A model generated the notes under the pieces. The model had not been told where the DNA came from and ran no database searches. It saw only the letters and a program-made list of their open reading frames with translations. Below, one piece after another: positions 41,401 to 53,400 of a stretch of 64,000 bases of DNA. Within the stretch, counting starts at the first letter, position 1. Each line of letters opens with the position of its first letter. Both the position numbers and the translations under genes were made by a program. The DNA comes from Enoplolaimus lenunculus (lineage: Eukaryota): positions 186,001 to 250,000 of the forward strand of contig JASANG010000295.1 in assembly GCA_030248215.1 (NCBI GenBank), read 5' to 3'.

Positions 41401-44400
41401 TGCAATCTATATTGAACAAACACGTACGTATTAATCTCAATAAGTATTGCATGGATTAAGTAGTTATTGCACTAGCACATGCGTGATCACGTTGAAACTG
41501 CAGTTAGAGTACCTTAAAAATTTTGGTTTGCATTGGTTTTATTTTTTGGCGAAAATATCTTCGAATTTTAACAAACGTCTTAAAAGAAACTCAGTCACAT
41601 ATTTTTTGAAATCGGAGATTGTTCCCGAAAATGTAAGCAGTAGGTAGTTCAGTTACCTATAAAATAATTTAATTTTTTAAAAAGTTTGCGTAGTATAAAT
41701 GCGGTACCATAGCCAGAAGAAAAGCGAAACCCTGAGCCTTCTAGAAAAAGTTTGGCCCACCTGCGAGATATATTAAATCCTCGGATGCTCTTCTGGAAAC
41801 TGTTTGCCTTCCAGTATATTGAGCTGACTAGTGGCCTGTGTAAAGCAATGACATGAATTGCACGAAACACAGTGCATGTATTTACTAGTACTGCACATGC
41901 ACTATATAATTTTTGTTTCTGTAGATATACGGTACATATTAGCTAGTATATATCGACCACACATAATATACGTAATGGTTATAACACATGAATGAATACG
42001 ACTGCGCGGCTTAAGCCACTCCAGCTATTTTTTTCAACTATTAACTCCTATTTGCTAAAAACTGTTACTTTGGTCAAAAATTTACAAATATTCTCTTCAA
42101 TGTTTTACTAAAATAAATAATAGAAATGACTTTCTCAATAATTTTTCTTTTAACTTTTTTCTCGCGTATTTACTTTTATCCCAGATTTTTACGTTCTTTA
42201 CCTTTCCAATTGGTTACCTTGAAAAACAGTACTTTGATTGTGAATATTTGCTAAGAAATTGGAAACCGCTTTCAGATTCGTTATTGCGGTGTACGGTGTT
42301 TGATTAGATAAATTTTAATTTAATGTTTCAGATGGATATTCGACACTGAATATTCGCTATTACTGGAGTAAAGGTGAAAAATCGGTGACGAAAGCTGACT
42401 TCAAACTACCTCAATTTAACATTACCAGTTATCACATTTCTGAGCACACGATTGGACTTAGCACAGGTAACATTATTTTGTTCTAGTTTTATGGTTAACA
42501 TTAAATTGCTAAACTCATTGAATAAAGTGGCTTGTTTTGTTTGTTCTTTGCTAACTTTCGTGAGGTATATTATCCCTTTTATGCCTTCCAAGTGTGTCTT
42601 AATGTTTTCACCAAGTATCCACGCCAAGCAGAAAACTGAAACGAAACACTGCGGGCCAAGGCGTATATACAAAAAGAAAAAAGCATGACCGTTACAGGAT
42701 TTTGTAACAAGAAGTTACGGTTCTATAAAAATTTCGAAGAGGTTTTTTGTTACAAACTGAACATGTATTTAAAATCCCTGTACAAAAATCCCAAAGTGGG
42801 TTTTAACCCCTAACCACCCTGGCTTTTTTACCCTTGACAAAAGAGAATATATGTTTCCGAAAATTCTGCAAAAATAAGAAAACAGTACTTTGTCTGTTTT
42901 TTTTTCAGGAAACTACTCAAGACTACTGTGTGCCTTTACGTTCTCGCGTAGCATCGGTTTCTATCTGATCCAAATCTATTTGCCTTCACAACTGATCGTC
43001 ATAATTTCATGGGTATCGTTTTGGTTGAGTCGAGACGCGACTCCAGCTCGAGTCAGCTTAGGCGTCACAACGGTGCTAACAATGACCACGTTGATGACGA
43101 CAACCAACGCGGCAATGCCAAAAGTTTCATACGTCAAATCAATTGACATTTATTTGATGACGTGTTTCTTAATGGTTTTTGCATCATTGCTTGAGTATGC
43201 AGTGGTCGGATATTTGAATAAACGGCTACGTATGCGTCGTGATACGAAAATGAAGAAACAAAACGCAACTGCTACCGCGTTGAGTGCTAAGACGTACCCA
43301 GACGCGGCGAGCGGCGGTCTGCTGTTTGCTGAAGTAAGTTGTGGCGGTGCAGGGCAGGAAAAGCTAGAGTTATCACGAATGATTGAGCAGTGGCGGATTC
43401 CACTGCATGCGCGGTGGGGGGGCTTAAACCTGCTTTCTCAAGCTAGTAGTAGTTGCATACTTTTCGTTCTTTAACATGTGTTTCTGTGAGTGTTGGCTTG
43501 GTGCTCGCAGAAATAAGCTAGTTGGCAATTTGGGCGGCCCTACGGTGAAGAATAAGTTTAGCCAGTGGCAGATCCAGGGGTAGGCAGTGGGGTTACACCG
43601 GCTTTTTAAATCAGCAAATGGTAGTATTCACTATAATTATTTCACTTAATACCTTTCTTTATCAAATAAATATTTGCTTAAAAATTTGTGTCGTTACTTC
43701 TATGACGGCGTACGGCATATAGAATTTTGTTAAACTAGAAAAATTCACAATAGGTCTTGCAACTTTCGAATCAGTGAATGACGTACATCGAAGTTTAGCA
43801 CATGTTTTCAGGTTTGTTTTATTCTACTTCTGTGCTAATTTTGATTTTCGCAATTGCAACAGTTCGTCAGTTTGAAAACCAATCGTTAAATTAGTAATAG
43901 GTGTTACATGCATTTGAGAATATAAGCCCTTGTGTCAGAATTCACCTGGTATTTTCTAGGACAACCAGCGTTCTACTGACATTTCATCAAGAAAAGTTTC
44001 GTCAAACTATACAACGCAGCTCGTTTCGCAGTATGGAGGTGCGAACAGTGTTAACACGTCGAAATTAATTCATCGTCCAGTCAACGCAAATTATGCAAAT
44101 GTACCGTTTAACCAGTCGTCAATTCCAGGCAAGCATTATCCATTTTCCAATAAACTTGCATACGCCGTGTCACAATTTCTATCGCCGGTGAGAAAAAATC
44201 ACGACATAAGTATGCATGCATGACATGCCTTTGAGGATTATGACATAGTGTACGCAACTTATTGTGGACGATGCATTATGTAATAAGCTAAAAATTGATT
44301 TGGGCAGTCTCTATGTAGGAGAATATACGTGATATATACTACTTATTTAGCGCCGCGTACGACAGAAAAAAATTTTTCTCGTTCGCCAGACTTGCTCGCA

Positions 44401-47400
44401 AAAATCTTATTTTGAAGGTATACATTCTCAAAAGAAAATCCAAATTCTAGATACACTTCTGCGTATATACTATATAAGTTTTGTTAAAAGATTTTCTAAT
44501 TTCAAATTTGAAAATGCGTAAAAGTCTGAAAAAATAATTAGCGTATACCAGATGTAAAATATATGGCTAACAAAAGTAATCCTTTTCAAAACTGATAGAG
44601 CAGTTATGTCTCATTTTTCTCACAGTTGGCTAAGTCTCCTGAACATATTTGAACAACTGGTTAATGCTTGACACAGTTGAGTTTATGGACTGCAATTGAA
44701 AATTTTTCCATTATGGTTATTAATTAGCAAATTTTTTCAACGCAACATTTGTGACTTACAGGACTGCCAGCCGCTGGTGAAACACTGCTTCCAGGCATCG
44801 ATGGTGGCATCCAGTCTTTCATGGCTCCAAACCATCGCTACTCAAACGAACTTCCGATGCCCGGCGGCGACCGCCCTCCTTCGTACCAGCTGCATTCGCC
44901 TGCATCTGCTTACGGCAGGGGTGGGCCCGGAGCTGGTACAACACACCCAATTGTAAGCTCGCCGTACTCCGCGCAACGCCTCGCGGATCCAGTCGGAAGT
45001 CAAGTTAGAGCCCAACTTACTCAAGGATCGTTTGATCATCGTCAAAGTTCACTTTCGCTTCAACCAGAACAATTGAAAAAAATTAAATTAACTCCTGAAA
45101 CCCGTCGTACTCATTTCGGACTGTCCCCTTCGGCGATTGATAAGTATTCACGAATAATTTTTCCGCTAACGTTTACACTTTTCAACTGCGTTTACTGGAG
45201 CGTTTACTACTATATTAGTAAGAAACCGCCGCATTTACAATGAAAACCGCAACTAGTAACTAATTGCAGTAGTGGTTATACAAAAAAGTTATTGTTAACG
45301 ACGTATTACGAGATTGCAAGATAAAGTTTCAGGTAAATGTTTAAAGACTTGATTCATGGAATATGGTTAAAACGAAATATTGACTCTATTTTTAACCTTT
45401 GAAAATTTTCAGCAATAATATTGCGTTTCGATACCGGTTTCTGGACATTATTCATGGTGATTCAACAAGCAGACTTTACCATCTTATTGCAGCTAATTTG
45501 CAAGATTAGCAATACCGTTCAGGTTGGCTTCTGTGCAAAAATTACAAGCCTCGCTTTGCAAGCGAATTCTTCGAAACTCAACTTTAAGCATAAGCGTAAA
45601 CCTAAACATAAGCCTAACCGTAAACCTGAGCGTTCCAGTTTCGAATTCACCCGGTCTTCCAGTGGGCAGAACCCTGTAATTAACATGGGCAGTGATTCGT
45701 ATGTATGTGACAGGCGTAACCTCTATTTTTACTGATTTAGATGATATTTAATTCAAAGATCATTAAAATGTGTTTGGTATTAGGGATAAAGTACCGAACA
45801 TGGTGTTAAGCAAACTCATTGGCATGTTCTGACCCCATACAGTACGTACATACCTGAATGTCAAAGTGTTCGCAACAGAACAATGTTATCGATTGTGTTT
45901 ATTTTCAGAGAATATTTTTTCGCATGAGTCGTGTCAAAAATTAAACGCTATTTTAAACGCTTCTAGCGCTTCATACAGTATCTTTGAAAACTGTATTTAG
46001 TTACTGGTCGAAAAAATAACGGCCGGCCGGGTCGGCGGTAGACACATACCGGCTAGGCCGGGCTGGCCTGGCCCGTGTCCAATTGTTAAATATTTTCTAC
46101 TACGACCGTGTGAACTCTAAATTACTGCTGATGTTAGTTGCTTCACAATGAAACATTGTATTAAATCAAGACAACTATAAAAATATTTTTACAACCAAGT
46201 TTAGGATAAAGTTAGGTTATCTGGGCAAAATTCAGCCATTTCTTAAAATATTTTACAAATATATAAACCGTGCCATTAAAACAAAAACATTTGATTCCAA
46301 CAATCAAATATCACTGAGAAATTTGAATTGAAAACACTACTCTAGGTTAAGTTTTATACTTATATTGACTAAATTTTTCAAACACTTACACTAACGCAAT
46401 TCAACTCATAGCTACTCATGGTGATGTTGCCGTGTTTCAAACTGTTATATCGGCAATACATAAAAAGAATTTTATTTAATTTTACTTGATTTAAAATTAA
46501 ATATTTCTCTGTTATAAATATTGACGAAAAAGCGGGAATTACGGGCGGACCAGCCACACCGGCCTGTCTTACCGCGAGCAAGCCGGAGCCGGGCCGACTG
46601 GCCAGGCCTGCCGGCCGGTCTGCTGCCGGTTCCATTACTGGCATAAAACAAGCTATTATAGTAAACGCTTTTCTCAACGTTTGCGTAACAACTAATGTCT
46701 CATCAAAATAAATTTTTTTCAAAACTCGGAAATATTTTTGTATTTTGGACATGATTCCTAAAAGTTAATAGTGTTATCATAAACAAATTTTGCATACAAC
46801 TGGACTGCATATGTTTTCCGAATATTCGCCAGTACTTAGCTAGTTGCAATTGAAATAGCAGATTCAGAAATATATGAAGGGAGTGTGCAACATTTAGTAG
46901 TGAAAATACTTGGGAACCAAATGAACGAGAAGCCAATTCCAATAAAAATTTTTGTTTTGTGTCAATCCAATGGTTTATTGTTCGGGGGCTATGGCCTAGG
47001 TGCCCACCTTGGATCCGCCAGTTTCTAGTTGTTTGGTAACAGTTGCTGTTTGCAATTATGTTTTTATTATCTTTCTCTTGATGGACCAATGCAAATTTTA
47101 ACTTCTTTTCTTGTTTTTCACTTTTACTGTCTAATTATTCTGTTTATGGTAATTAGCGAAAAAGATATTAATTAAGCATGTTGATATTCACATATTGCAC
47201 GTTCTACTATTTCAAATATATCATCTACTACAGTTGGATTTTAGAATTCTGTCTGTCGTTCCTAAAATACAATGTTTACTGTTAAAATTTTTGCCAAGTC
47301 ACTAAAGTGATACTCAAGCCGCATTAAATAACGTTTATATAATCATATATTACAGAAAACACCATTATTTTGAAAACGTTAGTTCAAAACCATATTATAT

Positions 47401-50400
47401 GGACTTAATTTCAGCTGTTCTTTTTATCGGATTTGCGAACAATTTTCATTGCGCATTGCGTCGGTTCAAAGTTGGGCTTTAAACCAGTATGACATGAAAA
47501 GTTTACGATTGATTCGCTGTTTTTGTATATTTTAGTAATGCGACTTTATAATATACTTTTCAAATGCATCTTTTCAAAGATTTAGCTTGCTTGTCTTTTT
47601 AGTGGGGACATACGCGATTAAATATCCTTATGGTAGCTGATATTAAGTGATGAACCGTAAAAGTGTGCGGCAAATCAGCTTATGACATGGTTTGGTTCCG
47701 TTGTTTTGTAAGAACAACTTTAATGTTGTATTTTGTCAAATTGAGGATAATAACGATTTTAAATCACAAATCAAATGATAGATAACTAGTTGCAGGTCAT
47801 CTAGTCAGCAAATGCTTGTTCGCCGAACCGACTAAGGTAAGAAATCTGCAAAACGGCCACGAGTTCTACAAATAAGTTTAGGACTGGTGCTTAAAGTAAT
47901 AGTTCACAAGTTAGGCCAATTCGCAGTTGTGAGTGACTTGGTATCGATTGATGGGTAAGAATTTCTTACGCCACATTTGCGTCAAAATTCGTTAAATCAA
48001 CCAGCAGTGGAAATAGTACAAATAATGAGTTAGGGTTGTGCTATACTTGTTGCGCGTCATGTCAAAAGTAACGAAACGCGCGCAGTGTCGCGTCATCAAG
48101 CGGTAGTATCCGGTGACGAGCGGTGGTCCCGTCATGGGGCGGCGAACGGCGCCACGTTGCGTGGCTCAAAAAGTATAACCCAACCCTCCGACGTATTAAA
48201 ACTTTATATCAGCGGCGTATATAACAGGATGCATGCAGAAGATGTATGCCCTATCGTCTAAATTTTAAGCACGATAAAAAATAGTTTTACAATCTATTGA
48301 ATTCACCTATTGCCTCATTGGAGAAAAATTTATTCAGCTTGTTAATGCTCGCTCGCAAAAGTATATATTTTTAAGTTAAATATTTTTCCGAATTGAAATC
48401 ATGGTTACAATCCTGTTGTATATGTCGAAGCGCAAGTTGTAATTCAACCCAATTCCGAATTGGGCAAGTCCAAAGCGGAATTACGAGTTGGGTTTGTTAC
48501 GGCGAAATCTTGTCTGATTAAGCTATCATTTTCTGATTGGTTACTTGATAGTCGTAATCCTGCTTGGTTCCACTTTGCTCAGCAAAACGACCTGTTTGGT
48601 AAACGCCAACAGGTACCGATTACTTAGCCAATTTGAAGTGTATTCGCATCAGCCATTAAAATTTTAGTATAGCATTAAGGTAGTAATCAATCACAATGCT
48701 TCCATTTGTCGCATAGAAAAAATTACGTCGTGTGCCAGCCGAAGTAGTAATTACGCGTTGGAGTAGCCAAATTCGAAATTGGTCTAAAATTACGACATGG
48801 ACTACGACATACATGATATCGCTGTTGCATATACGCAGCATTTAGTGCAACAAATACAAGTATTTATAATTTGTTATAGACGGCTACACTGCATCCGATA
48901 CTCGATATTGTTGGGCAAATGATAAAAACAATTTTCGATCATCTGTGACAATGGAAAAATCAATTAATTTGCCTCAGTTTTTAATTATTGATCACATTGT
49001 GACACAAAAGACACAAGTACTATCTTCTGGTAAGTCGGTTAGATAAAGGCCTGTCTGCATTTTCAACTGTGGATAGAATTTATCATCAATTCGGAATTCG
49101 ATACCCTACAACATTGCAGCCAATGGAACCAAACAGTATGAACATAGTTATTCATATATATACTCCATGTCGCATTATTAAATAACTCTGTAACGTGATA
49201 GAACTATACAGGGGCGGCACAATTACAGTCATCATATTATTTAGTGCATACACATTGCGCTGTGTTGCCCACAGTCAATTCTATGTTAGGGGCGGTTAAA
49301 GTAGCGACCTACGTCAGCTCAAATTCCGCTTCCAGTTTACTGCGCTGTTATCATTGAAACTATTCCTGGCTATACGTATATAATTCCTACAGATAGCGTA
49401 ATTTTACCGATTTCAAGCCTAATTCAGAGGACAAACCATGCTCGTATTTTCAGACCAAATTCTACAATTCAGTCTTGACTAAAAAAATTAATTTCGGCCT
49501 GCTGTCTACAAACTATTCGCGACTCAGCCGTAAATTTTTTTCACGGCAAAACTGAGGCACCAATTTTTGCAAACTTTGAGCATAAAAGCGCAACACGATA
49601 CCGTGTTCGTATCTTCACAGTAAATTTAAAAAGCAATCCTTTTTAAGATAAATCTATTTCGCTGAGTTTTTAGGAAACTACTCGCGACTCAGCTGTAAAT
49701 TTATTTTCTCGCGACAGATCGGCTTTTACGTGATCCAAATTTACCTTCCATCAACCCTCATTGTCATAATTTCATGGGTATCGTTTTGGTTGAGTCGTGA
49801 AGCGACTCCAGCTCGTGTAAGCTTAGGCGTCACAACTGTGTTGACAATGACAACACTGATGACAACAACAAACGCGTCAATGCCGAAAGTTTCCTACATC
49901 AAGTCGATAGATATTTATCTTGGCACGTGTTTTATCATGGTTTTTGCGTCGTTGCTTGAGTACGCCGCGGTTGGATATTTAAATAAACGAATTCGAATGA
50001 ATCGTGAACGAAAAGTTCAACGCAAGTTGACTTCACTGTTTCCAAAGTTGTCCATATCACAACCTCGCAGAGAATCGCATAAGTCGTCGGCGAAAATTGC
50101 TGACTGCTCATCGCAATCACGAGCAAATGCTATCGCTATTATTGGTAGTGGGGCTATTGGAAACAACGGAAACCAAGTGAACAGTTTTGAAGTGGCGAAT
50201 TTTGGAAACTCGCAGCTTGGGCATCGGAAACATGCACAATCTGGCACTGGACAAAATTACGGATGGTCGCTGTTGAAGTCGCGAGCCACATTTACCCACC
50301 GGGCTGTAGATCGAACCTCCCAAATCGCGACTGAGGTAAGAGAATGTCCGGCTGCCGGATACCGTCGCTTGTAGATATTTTTATAGTTAGCTCAGGCATA

Positions 50401-53400
50401 GGCGCAGAAAGTAGGGAAAGGCAGGGGCACTGACCCCCAATGTTCAGATTGGCGAAGGGCACAGCCTCCAATATTGGCCAGAGCTCACAATATCAAACTG
50501 TCGAATACCTGTTCCACCAGCACAACCAAACCCTGCTATTAATATTAAATTCGTACGTATTAGACTAACAGCAAAATACATATACGCTAGCATTGGTAAA
50601 AATATCGAAACCAGGATGTAAACGATTGCAAAGACACTGCGTCTGCGATACGAATTAATTATTTCAAGGCTTCGAACTTGAAAAACTTATTTGAGGTCCA
50701 GGGCAGAAGCAGCCGTCCTCATTTAACCCCTGTCCGCTCCGGTACTGTTAAGGTCCACAAAGACAGGAAATCTGTTAAATTAAATGCTGATAATGCGAAT
50801 TTATCCCGGTATCGTTGCCAATTTATCAGTGAATGGCATAAACGATTTCATTTTGAGTGGCGTTGAAAATCGAAAAAAGCTTTCGCTGTGCGCCTCCCAA
50901 TATTAAATTTCCTCTGGCGCCGCTGACCTCAGTCGAAAATCAAAAATAAAGCTTTTGCTGACGACGAATTTGCTACTTGCATACGCGGTAAACCATGGCT
51001 ATAAGAAGCGTAATTATTTATTCATGAAATTTACCGCAAACAAATTATAGGTACGCTGCGTGTGTGCAATGTTTTACAAGGAATTGTTGCACGCTATAGC
51101 GTTTTGTAGATTTCAGAATTTGTTCAAATTTTTATTAAAATGAAGCGATGTGTGTTTTGTGGAAAGTATTGCTTGTCCGGAGGATTCTGGGCAAATTCAC
51201 GCGGTCTGCAAACCATTACAGACCAGAGACCATACGCAACAGCAACGAACGCAACAGGAGCCAAAGCAACCACACGATGAACCTCAACCGCAACAAATAC
51301 AGCCAACACAACAAGAACAGCAATCAGAGCAACCCGAACAGCAAATTGAAAAGCAGTCGCAGAAGGAACAGTCGCAACACCAACCGGAACAACAACAACG
51401 GCAACAACCACAACAACCACAGCAGCTACAACTACAACTACAACAACATGATGAAAAAGATCAAAAAGAAGCGACAAGCATGCCGGGACTGGCAACACTA
51501 TCAATGAGTCTTCTGCAACCGTTACAAGAATCACGTGCCCTCCGCAAAGCGAACAGAACCACGCTAACACCGTCTGGCATTGACAAATATTCCCGATTTA
51601 TATTTCCACTTATATTCGTTGTATTCAACGCAATGTATTGGTTTATTTCAATTGAGCTCAGTCGGAGACTAGTCGTCAGTTATCTATCGAAACCAGTGTA
51701 GAGATTAGAAATTCTGAGTTAAATCGTTTTCTCGGTTGATAATGCATATATTTACAGTAAAATTGCTACTTGAGCTGGTACGCGCAAAACATGCGATAAC
51801 ATTATCAGCCCACGTGCATTATACATCAAGAGCCTAAAGATGTCAACTTTTTGAATTTGTGTAAATATCTAAATGAAGGAGAAGAATTTTATAGTTTTAC
51901 TACAGTGATCAGGATATCTACCGTAGGTATATGTTCACGGAAACATTTCATGTATTGATTCAACGGGTATTTATTTCCGCATCTTTGTTTTCGTTTTAGT
52001 AAACATTTTCATAATGGCCGTGCGTTGCCAAAATTTAAACCAATTAACTTTATATCTCATTCACACTATCACTTCTTTAATATCGATTTATTAAAAGCGA
52101 AAATATGAAATTGAGTCAAAAATCTTGAAAGCTACACGAACTACAGGCCACTCGTTAACCCTACCCTATGACATTTTCTGTGCCCAAGCAAAGGTTCGTA
52201 TTGTGAACGGCGCATAATTGAGAATATTTTGCAACAGTTTCAACTCGATGGTTCCATAAAAACTATTACTCAAATTTGAATTTTTTATTATGCAATTAAG
52301 TATAAAATATAAATATATGCCGTCTGACAAAGTACGGTATTTTTTAATAGTAAGGGGCTGCTGAAAATTTAAGCGTTCTGTCTCCACCGGAGCCCATTTT
52401 AATACTAAAAGAAACTAAAAGTTAAGCTGTACATTGCAAGCTAAAATTCAAATGTCATACACCGTTCTGTCCGCTATTGAATAAGGATTACGACCCTGAT
52501 TGCAAAATTAATATAGTTTCGTGGCGAATCTTAATGGTTTGTAAAAGTAGGAATGTTTGCTATTTTGGTGCCATACGCAGAAATCTGTAAATTTTGTTTG
52601 GACCACAATGAAACTTTTGTTCTCATTATAAATATTATGGTACGTTACTGATGTTGAGTTCAATGGCAATTGTTATATGAATGAACGCTTCTCTATCGCG
52701 TATTGGATTCAGCTTCAATGAGTATAATCACTGTATTGAATGGATTGCATAACGTTACTGCTATAATTTCGGTATGTTGTGCTTTTTTCTGTACTTTACT
52801 CATACGTTTCGTTACGAAGATGACGTGGAAATTAAGAGTATTCCTCAGATGAACTCAGGCTGGAGGGACAATATATGACAAACGTTGCATTCAATCCTTA
52901 GTAGATATTCACATGCCTGTAGAAGTTTTACTAACAATATGGGTTGCAATATTAGCTTTTAGATTAACACAGAAACATTAATAACACCAAATAGCATAAA
53001 TTTTGAAAGTGAATTCGACTAACTATGTTCCAATTTACGTAACACTTTTTACTAACAGCTTATAATACCAAATTACTTTTAACGGCACGTTCAACCTAGG
53101 CTTTTGTTCGACTACTCGTTTTGCAGAGATGTCGATATCGACATAAATTTTCGACATATTGTAATGTTCATAAATTTAAAACGATTTTCGAAGTCAAGGA
53201 AAGATCCTTGTTATAAAGGTTCTAGAGTTTTAGATGTTTTATATAGTGAAAACTTGAAGTTTAAAGCGCCATTTCTTTTGAATTTAGGATCCTGCAGGCT
53301 TTAAAATGAAACCACTGAACTCAGCGCGTCGAAATTTGTAAAATTATCTTTTTTCATTAAATTCCTAGGTAGTTCAGATTCCGTACCTCTACTGGAACGC

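Noticed and set aside
51117..51143. TTTCAG acceptor at 51116 as the start of the cassette-2 M4 exon
   Set aside because: In phase 0 it hits TGA at 51141; the TTACAG acceptor at 51221 preserves the frame.
51124..51570. Val-rich minus-strand ORF and Asn-rich plus-strand ORF
   Set aside because: Shadow frames of the CAA-rich cassette-2 exon.
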